From: Eledone cirrhosa | Lineage: Eukaryota | DNA length: 64,000 nt | NCBI GenBank assembly: GCA_964016885.1 | Contig: OZ024745.1 | Location: 121,148,001-121,212,000 of the forward strand | Direction of reading: 5' to 3' | In this document: positions 1 through 12,889 of the stretch, in pieces | How the letters are laid out: each line of letters opens with the position of its first letter | How positions within the stretch are numbered: the first letter of the stretch is position 1 | Position numbers and translations under genes: made by a program | Notes under the pieces: generated by a model | Seen by the model: the letters and a program-made list of their open reading frames with translations, nothing else | Told to the model about the DNA's origin: nothing | Database searches by the model: none

Positions 1-1351
1 AGAGAATGCTTTAGTTTAAAAAAAAAAATTGTTTTAACAATATTGAATTATTGTTTAATAATCTCTTTTATTTTTTACGTATTTTCCAAAGACTGCACTA
101 TGTTAGATCAATATTAATTTTACTTTAGCTTCAGGAAAAATAAAAGGGTGAAGTATAAAATTTCAAGTCACTACAAAATCAAAACAACTCCCACCATCTT
201 TTTTTTAATGTTTTGTTTTGCTTCCAGTGATACTTTGTTTTCAAATGTGACTAAGATTGAAACTACAAACAGCAGACATCAGATTGCTATAATTTCAACA
301 CTGTTTGTTGTTTCAATCTTAACTATATGAAAATATTGGTATACAATAAACCACATCTCCCTCTTTGTAAATTATGAAAACTTATTATATTAAATATATA
401 TGTAGTGCCACAGAGTAAAAATAATACTGGTGGATCTTCTATATAGTTTCTTCCTTTTTTTTTTTTTAAGAATATTTATCGAACATTCTTGAACTGAAAG
501 AAAATTATACATTTGCAAATAAAATCTGATTAAAAAATTTGTTTTTTGTCTTGCAAATTATTACACTTGAAAATTTTGTAATTAATCTTCTCGGCACTGC
601 CAGCGACTGAAGGTGCTGATAGAGTAATCTCCCCTTAATACAATGCAATTTATAAAAACAACTCGGCCTCCAGAAGGTTAATAACATAATTCTCATATTG
701 ATATTAAACTTGGTTTTTTTTCTTTCTTATTTTCATCTATTTAGAATTTATATCCTTTTAAAATTCACTTTTTAGTGGTCAAGTCTGAATGATTACCTCT
801 GAACATCCTGTAATGATTTAGCAGAATATATCTAAAAGCAGTTTGTTAAAGCTTTAGCATTTAAACCAGCCGTATCAGGCCAGGATTCTCTCACATCTTT
901 CTGATTAAACTGGCTGTAATCAGCTGCTCATACTTATGTTAAGGTATTGTTCTCAAAATAAATAATATCATCTCCTAAATTCGATATGTGATATAATTAT
1001 GTGAACTAAAGCCTTTACCATACAATAGTAAATATAAAGTAATGTGAATGCTAAAGGGTTAAAGTAGGTTTTTTTCTTTAATTTCATCTATTTAGAATTT
1101 AGTTCCTTTTAAAATTCACTTTTTAGTGGTAGAGACTGAGTGATTAACTCTTAACATCCTGTAATGATTTAGCAGAATATATCTAATAGCAGGTTTATTA
1201 ATTCAAATATTTATAGTATCTTTACTAGAGGAGAGATCATTGAAGAAATCTTTGTTTGTAGTACAAATAGGAAAATTTATTTCACAAAACACCAGAAACA
1301 ATTGTAAGTGATTAAACAGTTTTTAATGAAAGTTAATTTTCTTCAAATACG

Positions 1352-1388
<37 letters not shown>

Positions 1389-1800
1389 AAAGGCAAACAG
1401 AAATAACAAAGCAAACGACACAGTACAATGAAGAAATATATTAATAGTTTTACGCTTCATATAGTAGGAAAGGGGTCTTAACGTTTCAGATGCTAGTTCT
1501 TCATCAAAAGATAGAATGAGAAATTAAAGAAGACATAGAAAGAGTGAGGAGACTGGCAGGGTGGAAATGGAAAACAATTTTTCAGAGAAAAATAACAGGT
1601 CCATTCATATTGCTATCTCTTAGAAAACTGTTGATGCTAGCGTTTTGTGTACTATATGCTTGATTGAAAAGGTGGTGATCGAGCGTGTGTATGTATATGT
1701 ATGTATGTATGTATGTGTGTGTATATATATATATATATATATTGAATAAAGCGATAGGAAGCCGGAAAGATGAAATTCCTTTAAAGATTTTATTCTGCAG

Positions 1801-1852
1801 GCATTATATATATTTCAATGACCAGTAAGATTCCAGTGACATCATCAGGTGC
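1801..1852 (-). ncRNA. Minimal type I hammerhead ribozyme motif
   Basis: GCAC CUGAUGA [stem II] GAAA U-AUAU-A UA AUGC; one stem I mismatch. Confidence 0.55.
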
Positions 1853-1983
1853 ATTGCATAACAGTTATAAAGGAAACAGTGAACACAGGTTGTGTACATG
1901 AAGACAAAAAAAAAAAGATTAAAATACTTGACTTGGGGGCAGCCTATGTCCAATCCGTTAGATTAACTGCCCCCATATATTTA

Positions 1984-2324
1984 TAATACAGTATATAGAG
2001 AAGAGGTTATGTTTTCATTTACAAGGGGTATAGAACCACTATAGTGAAGGATATAAGGTCTACGGAGAGTGGAGAAAATACATAATAATTAAGAGGTAAA
2101 ATTAAAATGTAAAACACCCACCTTTATAACTATACACACCTAGGGAATGTCCAGGTGTGTATAGTTATAAAGGTGGGTGTTTTACATTTTAATTTTACCT
2201 CTTAATTATTATGTATTTTCTCCACTCTTTGTAGACCTTATATCCTTCACTATAGTGGTTCTATACCCCTTGTAAATGAAAACATAACCCCTTTTTGTGT
2301 TATCTTCTCTATATACTGTATTAT
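1984..2324. repeat. Near-perfect palindrome, arms about 155 bp
   Basis: Arms meet at about 2141-2152; two substitutions and one small indel seen. Confidence 0.9.
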
Positions 2325-2566
2325 TGAGAGTCTGGTAATTTATTCCTTGAGCTCATAAAATTACAGGGGATTAACGCGAGTCTTTAACTCCATTTTTTTT
2401 CAATTTATATATCATCATCATCACCGTTTTACATATATCTTATAATCACCACTATAATGTTCCACATTTGTGTCATATTGTTGCTAGAATTTACCTTCAC
2501 TCAATCATAGCAACAAGTGTCTCCATTTTCACGAAAATATTATTACTTTTCCTTTTCCAGATTATT

Positions 2567-2629
2567 TCATTTACTATCTTTAATATCAAATTCTAGAACT
2601 TCTTCTAATTTCTGATATGTTTTCAGGCT
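2567..2629 (-). CDS. FBXO41: FBXO41-like terminal coding exon
   Basis: atcttttcag acceptor, phase 0; SLKTYQKLEEVLEFDIKDSK then TGA. The length matches the short FBXO41 C-terminal tail. Confidence 0.75.
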   Translation of the reverse strand, partial: SLKTYQKLEEVLEFDIKDSK

Positions 2630-3696
2630 CTGAAAAGATAACAGTAAAAATAAAAAAATATATATGATATTTGAATATATTGATTTCTAACTTTGGCAGA
2701 AAGACAAAATATTGTGGAGGAACTGTCCTCCTCATCATCATTGTTTAACATCTATCTTCCATGCTTGCATGGGTAGGATGGCCTGTCCCTTTGTGAGGGA
2801 TCAAGTTGGATTCTGGCTAGATTTCTACAGCTGGATGCCCTTCCGAACGCCAACCACATTTAGAGTGTACTGGGTGTTTTTTGTCGTGACACCTACACGA
2901 CCATTTTGCAGTGTGTGGTGGGTGTTTTTTGTTGTGACACCTACTTGACCACTTTACGGTGTGGAATGGATGCTCATTTTTGTCATGATACCTACATGAC
3001 CACTATAATGTGGGCTGGACTCTTTTGTCATGGCCCCAAGGGTGGGGGGGGGGGGGATCACTTATCTACTATATCTAGCAGATGTAATGACTATGAAGTT
3101 TAATCACTAAGCTATACACCTTCACTTAGGTATTATCTCTAGCAAATGTAATGACCATGAAGAGGCTCTGTTATTATCCCATGTAGTAACTGGTAAATAT
3201 GTCAGATGTTTACCATAAAATACATGCTCAAGACTCTATTCAGTGTACTCCACTTTTTTTCTATCTATTCAACTCCTACTATTAAATTTACTAATCACTT
3301 TAAATGCATTTTATATAAATAGTTAATTCTAAGATTATACATTTGTCTCTCTGTACATGACAATTAGACAAATGGCTGATAACAGATGTTTTATCAATGA
3401 CAGTCATATGTCTGGTTAGTCACTTGTCTTTCATAATACATTATACTTGTATTATACAGGGTGTCCCAAAAGTCACTAGACAATTTTATACAAATACTAA
3501 ACCAACCATGACCCGTTGGGTCATGTTCACTTCAAAATATTTTAAAATAATTTTTAAATAATTAAAATATACAGACATGTATATAATGTGAAATAAAACT
3601 GGAAGGCCCATATATATATATACTTGTGTGTTTGTATATATCTATATATATGTGTGGGTGTCTGATCTATATACACTGGTCATAGACACACATATA

Positions 3697-3734
<38 letters not shown>

Positions 3735-3739
3735 CATGG

Positions 3740-3903
3740 AGACATGGCTTAGTGGTTAGAGCATTGGCCTTGCAATTGAAAGGTTGTGAGTTCAATTCTC
3801 AGATCGGGCGATGTGTTGTTTCCTTGAGCAAGACACTTTATTTCACATTGCTCCAGTTTACTCAGCTGTAGAAATGAGTTGATAGGGACTGGGGTCCCTA
3901 TCA
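3740..3903 (+). mobile_element. tRNA-derived SINE (CORE-like); second copy 62845-63010, minus copy about 35700-35935
   Basis: A box tggcttagtggt, B box gttcaattc, then ccttgagcaagacactttatttcac. Confidence 0.8.
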
Positions 3904-4423
3904 TTCCACTGCAAAGTGGTCGTGGAGGTGCCACAGCAGAAAAGCACCCAGCACTCACTGTAAATGAGGTTGGTGTTAGGAAGGGCATCCAGCTGTAGAA
4001 ATCAAGCCAGAATCAGTTCCTGTCCCACCCTTGCAAGCAGGGAAAAGTGGACGTAAAATGAAATGATGATGAATGTTGATATATATATACACAACAACAC
4101 CACCAGCTCTCTTCCATTCTCCTACTCTGTCTCCTCTCCCTATCTCTATGTCTCTCTTTCAATCTACTCTGTCACAACCACTATCTCTTTCTCTCTATCC
4201 TTCTCTCTTTCTCTCTCTGTTTATGAAGGTACCCGGAAAAACCCTGTATCTCGGGAACCCGTGCTCTGATTTACGCGAAACTTGTTTTATTCCATTTGTA
4301 TTCCCATTTCAGAGACAACTTCCTTTCCAAGTATTTTCCCATTATGCGCCCTTTTGGCTGTATTACATTACAGACAAGCAAGCACAGACTATTATATAGA
4401 TATATATAATAGTATTATATAGA

Positions 4424-4906
4424 CTAGCAGAAAAACGACTCTTCGGGTGGTTTTCTGCTAGCATGTGTAGTGTGTATATTGATATTATACGCAAGTATAT
4501 ATACATGTAGATATGGTACATCAAATAAAATCGTAATTGACAATATACACAGAAATTGAACGAAGACTGCGTTACACTGTTTTATGTAATCAGTAATGTA
4601 ATCCATGATACATTAAAAAAAGACGATATTATATATAAACTGCATTAGGAGAAAATTAGTGACGGAAATATATCAATGTTTATTTAATCGATCGCTAACT
4701 GGAAGTGTTGACATTTGAAAATTTTAAAGAATTGAATCTTTAAATAATTAATAACATATATTTAATGAACAGCCACGAAATTTAGTAGATAAATTATGTA
4801 ATATTCATTCATTATTTATTCAAAGTAATCCAACTTATTTTACTAAGAGGATAAAAAATTATAAACCGTACGCAGTCCCGCGCTTCTTACTTTATTATAG
4901 TTTAGA
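4424..4906 (-). mobile_element. Non-autonomous Helitron-like element; second copy about 51790-52243
   Basis: On minus: 5' TC after A, 3' hairpin ctagcagaaaa...ttttctgCTAG before T. The copy near 52 kb is highly similar. Confidence 0.7.
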
Positions 4907-5727
4907 TATATATAAAATTGTCTAGTGACTTTGTGGACATCCTATACTTTTATTTATTTGGTTTTTCTTATTTTCCTCTTTTTTTTTAATAGTGGATTTA
5001 GTTTTCATCTGTTTCATTAACTAGAGCAAGATTTAATTTTTTGTCCACTTTCAGTGAAGTAGTTTATTTTAATCTGAAAAAATAGACTGGACAGTAGCCA
5101 AAGGAGAGAGTGTTGGCTGTTGACTGTTGGGATCAATTCACATTTCCTAGAAGGAAAAGGAGAGGGACATGAGACAGTAAATATAATAGTTGGGATTCTT
5201 CTTCTTATCGTATGACATATGCACAATGGTTAGAGAGACAGGTCGAGATTGGTGAGCCTGACTAAGGCATCATTTGTAGTATTAAGGATTGCCTCCTAGC
5301 CACTGGGAAAACGTCTGAGGGGTTAATCCTAAACAACATGCAGCATTATCTGGTCAGGCTCCCCACAGTCACTTGCTGGGCTGTCTTTCATTTTACATCG
5401 ATGGAGATGTCTTTCATTTTACATCTTGATATGTGTTGTGCAGATCCAATCAAGGAACACTCATAGTTGGGATTATTTATTGAGATCTACTAAAGATAGC
5501 TGAATGGCTCACTTCTCAATTATTGGGTCCTGTGTTAAATCCCACCATATGTCATCTTGGGCAAGTGTCATTTACCATAACCTCAGAGCAACATAGATGA
5601 GTTACCTCCCTTTGCGTGACGTAACAAAATCACAAGAGCATTATATATTAGTAGATGATATTACCAATTTCTTTCCATATTTGCTCTTCTTTTCACTGAC
5701 ATAAGAAAGAAATACTTATTAACTTAC

Positions 5728-5843
5728 TTTTAATTTTATTACAATGAATCTATATTGTTGTTTGAACTTGCTGTCTTCAGTATTGGTGAAGTAGTCCTGC
5801 ATCTCTACCTGGACTCTAATCTTGTTCAAATTGGGACAATGTT
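5728..5843 (-). CDS. FBXO41: FBXO41-like penultimate exon
   Basis: ccag acceptor, gtaagt donor, 116 nt, phase 1->0; KHCPNLNKIRVQVEMQDYFTNTEDSKFKQQYRFIVIKLK resembles FBXO41 CRNLKSIVVQIGIADYF. Confidence 0.92.
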
Positions 5844-5884
5844 CTGGAACAGTAAGGAAGTATTTCTCAATTAATTGGATATAC

Positions 5885-6810
5885 CAATGGTGATGATGAT
5901 GATGGTGGTGTGGTGTATATACCGATGGTGGTGGTGGTGGTGTATATACCAATGTTGATGGTGGAGGTGGTGGTGATGGTGGTGGAGGTGGTGGTGGTGG
6001 ATAAATCAATGTTGATGGTGGAGGTGGGGGTGGATAAACCAATGTTGATGGTGGTGGTGGTGGTGGATATACCAATGTTGATGGTGGTGGTGGTGGTGGA
6101 TATACCAATGTTGGTGGTGGTGGTGGTGGTGGATATACCAATGTTGGTGGTGGTGGTGGTGGTGGTGGATATACCAATGTTGATGGTGGAGGTGGTGGTG
6201 GTGGAGGTGGTGGAGGAGGTGGTGGTGGTGGATATACCAATGTTGATGGTGGAGGTGGAGGAGGTGGTGGTAGTGGATATACCAATGTTGATGGTGGGGG
6301 TGGTGGCGGTGGATATACCAATGTTGGTGGTGGTGGTGGTGGTGGATATACCAATGTTGGTGGTGGTGGTGGTGGTGGATATACCAATGTTGGTGGTGGT
6401 GGTGGTGGTGGATATACCAATGTTGGTGGTGGTGGTGGTGGTGGATATACCAATGTTGGTGGTGGTGGTGGTGGTGGATATACCAATGTTGGTGGAGGAG
6501 GTGGTGGTGGTGGATATACCAATGTTGATGGTGGAGGTGGTGGTGGTGGAGGAGGTGGTGGTGGTGGATATACCAATGGTGGTGGTGGAGGTGGTGGTGG
6601 AGGAGGTGGTGGTGGTGGATATACCAATGGTGGTGGTGGAGGTGGTGGTGGTGGAGGAGGTGGTGGTGGTGGATATACCAATGTTGATGGTGGAGGTGGT
6701 GGTGGTGGTGGTGGTGGTGGTGGATATACCAATGTTGATGGTGGAGGTGGTGGTGGTGGTGGAGGAGGTGGTGGTGGTGGAGGAGGTGGTGGTGGATATA
6801 CCACTGTTGA
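5885..6810. repeat. GGT-rich minisatellite, ggatataccaatgttg(atg)(gtg)n
   Basis: About 20 units of variable length. Confidence 0.95.
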
Positions 6811-7335
6811 CAATGGTTGCCACAAAAAAAGCCACAAAAAATCGCGGAAGATATTTACGATTCCACGAATATGCGGTGGTTTCCATGAACAATTATTCTA
6901 AGGAAAATTCCGCAAACAACCGGGACCATGAATAGCGGGACTGTGAATGTTGGGGGTACACTGTATATGATATATATGTATACACACATATATACACACA
7001 TATATACACACATATATATATATATATATATACATACTCATACAGATATATATTTATATACACACATATATATATATGTACACTCACACATACACACACA
7101 TTTAACCCTTTAGCATTTACATTACTCTATATTTTCATGGTAGACACTTTATTTCACATAATATCAAATCTACGAGATTTTGATATTATTTATTTTGAGA
7201 ACAATACCTAAATATAAGTATGAGAGGCTGGTTACAGCCGGTTTGAACAGAATGAGGTGAGAGAATTCTGGCTGGATACGGCCATTTAAATGCTAAAGGG
7301 TTAAAAAAGAGTAAAATACTTGAAAAGAGGCATAC

Positions 7336-7497
7336 TCATAAAAACTTGGATGATCTCACTCTGAACTGGGGTATGTGTGAATTTTAAACGATTTAAATTT
7401 TGGAATCCTAGTTTGCACAGTTTTTTAACAGAACTCTCATTGATGTCTGCTACAAACCGGTGGAGCTCCAATTCCTCCAAAGTTTGACATCGTTCAG
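7336..7497 (-). CDS. FBXO41: FBXO41-like exon
   Basis: ttttcag acceptor, gtatg donor, 162 nt, phase 1->1; AERCQTLEELELHRFVADINESSVKKLCKLGFQNLNRLKFTHTPVQSEIIQVFM. Confidence 0.92.
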
Positions 7498-7589
7498 CTG
7501 AAAAAAGGAGAAAAATAATTAGTGACAATAAGAACAGAGCAACAAGTGAACTGAGAGAAAAATAGAGTACAAGAAGAAATTGAATGTAG

Positions 7590-7938
7590 TATGGAGAGAG
7601 ATGGTTGTAATGGTATGGGTCTGTGATGTGTAAGGAGAGAGAGAGAGAGAGATGGTTGTAATGGTATGGGTCTGTGATGTGTAAGGAGAGAGAGAGAGAT
7701 GGTTGTAATGGTATGGGTGTGAGATGTGTAAGGAGAGAGAGAGAGAGAGATGGTTGTAATGGTATGGGTGTGTGATGTGTAAGGAGAGAGAAAGAGAGAG
7801 AGATGGTTGTAATAGTATGGGTTTAAGATGTGTAAGGAGAGAGAGAGAGAGAGAAAGAGAGATGGTTGTAATGGTATGGGTGTGTGATGTGTAAAGAGAG
7901 AGAGATGGTTGTAATGGTATGGGTGTGAGATGTGTAAG

Positions 7939-7969
<31 letters not shown>

Positions 7970-8312
7970 TTGTAATGGTATGGGTGTGTGATGTGTAAAG
8001 AGAGAGAGAGAGAGAGAGAGAGAGATGGTTGTAATGGTAAGGGTGTGTGATGTGAGAGAGAGAGAGAGAGAGATGGTTGTAATGGTATGGGTGTGTGATG
8101 TGTAAAGAGAGAGAGAGAGAGAGACAGAGATGGTTGTAATGGTATGGGTGTGTGATGTGTAAGGAGAGAGAGAGATGGTTGTAATGGTATGGGTGTGCGA
8201 TGTGTAAGGAGAGAGAGAGATGGTTGTAATGGTATGGGTGTGTGATGTGTAAGGAGAGAGAGAGATGGTTGTAATGGTATGGGTGTGTGATGTGTAAGGA
8301 GAGAGAGAGAGA
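7590..8312. repeat. Minisatellite gatggttgtaatggtatgggtgtgtgatgtgtaag(ga)n
   Basis: About 13 units with a variable (GA)n spacer. Confidence 0.95.
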
Positions 8313-8410
8313 ATTGTATAATAATTTGTTGAGTGTCTGAGGTGTGTGAAACTTGCGAAAAAGGGAGACCAAGGTAAAAATAGGCTTGAAGGAAATGACA
8401 CAAGATTGAA

Positions 8411-9472
8411 GTAACTGGTGATATGCCATAATACAAAAGACCCATTGACTAGTACAAGACTTTACTAACTAGTGGTATGCCATAATACAAAAGACCCATC
8501 CAGCAGTACAAGACTTTACTAACTAGTGGTATGCCATAATACAAAAGACCCATCCAGCAGTACAAGACTTTACTAACTAGTGGTATGCCATAATACAAAA
8601 GACCCATCCAGCAGTACAAGACTTTACTAACTAGTGGTATGCCATAATACAAAAGACCCATCCAGCAGTACAAGACTTTACTAACTAGTGGTATGCCATA
8701 ATACAAAAGTCCCATCCAGCAGTACAAGACTTTACTAACTAGTGGTATGCCATAATACAAAAGACCCATCCAGCAGTACAAGACTTTACTAACTAGTGGT
8801 ATGCCATAATACAAAAGACCCATCCAGCAGTACAAGACTTTACTAACTAGTGGTATGCCATAATACAAAAGACCCATCCAGCAGTACAAGACTTTACTAA
8901 CTAGTGGTATGCCATAATACAAAAGACCCACCCAGCAGTACAAGACTTTACTAACTGGTGGTATGCCATAATACAAAAGACCCATCCAGCAGTACAAGAC
9001 TTTACTAACTAGTGGTATGCCATAATACAAAAGACCCACCCAGCAGTACAAGACTTTACTAACTGGTGATATGCCATAATACAAAAGACCCATCCAGCAG
9101 TACAAGACTTTACTAACTAGTGGTATGCCATAATACAAAAGACCCACCCAGCAGTACAAGACTTTACTAACTGGTGATATGCCATAATACAAAAGACCCA
9201 CCCAGCAGTACAAGACTTTACTAACTGGTGATATGCCATAATACAAAAGACCCACCCAGCAGTACAAGACTTTACTAACTGGTGATATGCCATAATACAA
9301 AAGACCCATCCAGCAGTACAAGACTTTACTAACTAGTGGTATGCCATAATACAAAAGACCCACCCAGCAGTACAAGACTTTACTAACTGGTGATATGCCA
9401 TAATACAAAAGACCCATCCAGCAGTACAAGACTTTACTAACTGGTGATATGCCATAATACAAAAGACCCATC
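8411..9472. repeat. 54-bp tandem repeat, about 19 copies
   Basis: cagcagtacaagactttactaactagtggtatgccataatacaaaagacccatc. Confidence 0.97.
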
Positions 9473-10271
9473 TACCGGAACAAGTAGTATGGCACTAAAA
9501 GTAAATGTGGTGGCAGATCAGAGATAATATAAAGTTTGAGAGGACGCTCCAGTTTGGCCTGGCATGTGAGGGAGACAGTGAGAGTGAGTGAGAGAGCGTG
9601 AGTGAGGGAGTGAGTGGGAGTGAACAAGAGAGTGGGAGTGAGAGAGTGGGAGTGAGGGAGAGGATGGGAGGGAGGGAGTGTAAGTGGGAGGGAGGAAGAG
9701 GCTAGGAATGAGGGAGAGAGTGGGAGTGAGGGAGAGAGTAACAGATATATAACCTTTATAGACCACTCCCACCACCACCACCAACACCACCACCACCACC
9801 AACACCACCACCACCACCAGTGTCAAACACTGCACCAACTGCCTCCATCTTTAGAGGTCATAGACAAGTACTTGGGTTGTAGCAAAGTATTTCCCCGTCT
9901 ACTCAGTATTGTTGTCAATTCTCTGCTTCCTCTGTCTGCCCCACATTCTCTTCTCCGGCACTGTTACTTGGAGAATTGTCTTAGAGAGTTCATCCAATCT
10001 TGTCAGCAGCTCTTCAAAGTGACTCACATGCTGGGTGATTCTTTTGCAAACCTCAGCTATCTCAGTAATCATATGAGAATGCTGGATACTTGTATTTCAG
10101 GATCATTAACCCATCTTCAGTGATGCTTACTCATTCCATATTAAAGCAAAGAAGATAATAACTTCTTATGTAGAGATTTTGCAAATAATATGACATAAAA
10201 ATGTATTATTTGCAAAATCTCTCTATAAAGAGCTATTAGCTTTATCCTGATAAGTAAGCATCACTAATGAT

Positions 10272-10540
10272 GGGGGTATTTTATCACGGCACCAACACTA
10301 ACAGTTTAGAGGGTGTACTGGGGGCATTTTATCACGGTACCAACACTAACAGTTTAGAGGGTGTACTGGGGGCATTTTATCACGGCACCAACACTAACAG
10401 TTTAGAGGGTGTACTGGGGGCATTTTATCACGGTACCAACACTAACAGTTTAGAGGGTGTACTGGGGGCATTTTATCATGGCACCAACACTAACAGTTTA
10501 GAGGGTGTACTGGGTGCATTTTATCATGGCACCAACACTA
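10272..10540. repeat. 48-bp tandem repeat, about 5.5 copies
   Basis: ttttatcacggcaccaacactaacagtttagagggtgtactgggggca. Confidence 0.95.
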
Positions 10541-10547
10541 GAAAGGT

Positions 10548-10985
10548 TGGTAATAATGGTGATAAAAATGATAATAAGGGCTGTAGTGATAATGGGGGCT
10601 GTGGTGGTAATAAGGGCGGTGGTGATAATAAGGGCGGTGGTGGTGATAATAAGGGATGTGGTGATAATAAGGGCTGTGGTGATAATAAGGGCTGTGGCGG
10701 TGATAATAAGGTCTGTGGTGGTGATAATAAGAGCTGTGGTGATAATGAGGACTATGGTGATAATAAGGTCTCTGGTGGTGATAATAAGGGCTGTGATGGT
10801 GATAATAAGGGCTGTGATGGTGATAATAAGGGCTGTGGTGGTGATAATAAGGGCTGTGGTGGTGATAATAAGGGCTGTGGTGGTGATAATAAGGGCTGTG
10901 ATGGTGATAATAAGGGCTGTGATGGTGATAATAAGGGCTGTGGTGGTGATAATAAGGGCTGTGGTGGTGATAATAAAGGATGTGG
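10548..10985. repeat. 18/21-bp tandem repeat
   Basis: ggtgataataagggctgt(ggt). Confidence 0.95.
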
Positions 10986-11013
10986 GGGATATATTTCAAA
11001 TAATAATATTTAC

Positions 11014-11135
11014 CAAGAATGTTCAGTCCTTGGTTATCAATGCCACATCCTCCTATACTGAGACATTTCAGCCGTGGTAAACCCTTTGCTATCAAATTGA
11101 CACATTTATTATTGAACCTCTCTTGTTGTGGAGAC
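11014..11135 (-). CDS. FBXO41: FBXO41-like exon
   Basis: ttgcag acceptor, gtaaat donor, 122 nt, phase 2->1; SPQQERFNNKCVNLIAKGLPRLKCLSIGGCGIDNQGLNIL. Confidence 0.92.
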
Positions 11136-11211
11136 CTGCAAAGATGAAAATGTCATGAAAGCCACAATGAAAAAGGTGTTATCATTTAAACACACACATC
11201 CACACACACAA

Positions 11212-11244
<33 letters not shown>

Positions 11245-11266
11245 CGCACACACACATCCACACACA

Positions 11267-11314
<48 letters not shown>

Positions 11315-11605
11315 AACACACACACACACTCAAACACACACACACATCCACTCACATATACACACACAAACACACACACACACACACACACGCACACACA
11401 TCCACTCACATATACACAGATTGTTACATATGCATCTCTCACTCTCTCTCTTCTTCCTCTCTTCTCTTCTCTCTCTCTCTCTTTCCAGAGTCCAGGCCAG
11501 ATTGATACAGATTGAACCTTAAGCTGATCAATCATGAAACACGCATCACTACTCAATAAATGTAATGAAGACATAACAAATCTTCCATTTTATTATTAGT
11601 ATATA

Positions 11606-12630
11606 CTAGCAGAATGGCCCGGCGTTGCTCGGGATTTGCTCTAGGGTTCTTATATATTTGATATATATATTTATCCTTATTGAGCCTCGTGATATAAATA
11701 CGTTTGTTTATATTTTGTTATTGTGTATGCAAAAATATATATAATATATAATTATATATATATATATATATCATCATCATCATCATCGTTTAATGTCAAT
11801 CTTCCACGCTAGCATGGGTCTGGACGGGAATTGTCCCACTTGAGGCAAGATTGGTTGTCTTGCTCAGGACTGTCTGGCGGGTTTTCTACGGCTGGATGCC
11901 CTTCTTAACACCAACCACGTTTACAGTGTGGACTGGGAGGTTTTTACCATGTTACCTTCACGGCCACATTACAGCATGGACTGTATGCTTTTTTGTCGTG
12001 ACACCTACACGACCTCATTTATTTAGGACTGGATGTTGTGGTACTAACATAGCTTTACATCGAAAGGGGTGGTGTAGATGGCGGTTGGGGTAGGGGTAGT
12101 GGGACAGGGGTGTATTTTGGTTAAGAGGTGCCTACTGACTGTAGGTTTTAATATATATATATATATATATATATTAAAATAACAGATTAAAGTTTAAGAA
12201 AAGAATCACTGCTTTCACACTTAACGGGATCTTCTGAAACTAAAAATATCACTCTATGAATGCAGAAGTAAATATTTCAAAAAACGTTACACACTATATA
12301 TATATATATACACACACACTATATATACATACACACACACACCGCATCATAATGTGGTAATGCAGACAACCAGACATACAGACAGATATTATAAGGGCGC
12401 AACGTTATATCTATGTATCTATCTAAAAAGAAAGACTAAGAATTATAGAGAGAGATCGGTAAATCGCTTAATGCGGTCCCTAAGGCATTGGAAATTTGAA
12501 ATTTTTTTCTTCTCAAAACACTCACAGGACCATAAGTATTACATGTGTAAAGTTTGAAAACAATCGGTTGGGTGGTTCTCGAGTTTTAGTGAGCTGACAG
12601 ACAGACATTCTCTGTTTTATATATTTACAG
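11606..12630 (-). mobile_element. Helitron-like element with nested insertions
   Basis: ctagcagaatggcccggcgttgctcggg terminal hairpin and acagacagacattctctgttttatatat at the other end. Confidence 0.55.
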
Positions 12631-12638
12631 TGTATCTA

Positions 12639-12741
<103 letters not shown>

Positions 12742-12889
12742 CGAAATAATAGTGGTAAGGAACCAGATGGATCATAACGCACCAAAGTACTCAATACTTA
12801 GTGTAGTAGAGTGGGTAATAGGAAAAAAATATGACCCCGACGGCAGAGCTCTGACGTCGGGGTCATACTTTTTCCTATATATATATATT

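Larger units (their letters stand above)
1741..2410. mobile_element. Penelope-like non-autonomous fragment with hammerhead motif and internal palindrome
   Basis: Flanked by (TA)n; HHR core at 1801-1852; 1984-2324 is a fold-back; 2325-2410 resembles 21090-21170. Confidence 0.65.
3457..4944. mobile_element. Tc1/mariner-type MITE with nested SINE, RTE tail and Helitron
   Basis: TIR cagggtgtcccaaaagtcactagacaattttata / tataaaattgtctagtgactttgtggacatccta, TA flanks. Confidence 0.75.

Noticed and set aside
3740-3812. tRNA gene
   Set aside because: The A and B boxes are SINE heads followed by SINE bodies; there is no intact cloverleaf.
8449-9471. 340-aa ORF and CRISPR-like appearance of the arrays
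   Set aside because: Pure 54-bp tandem repeat with no unique spacers, in eukaryotic context with no cas genes.
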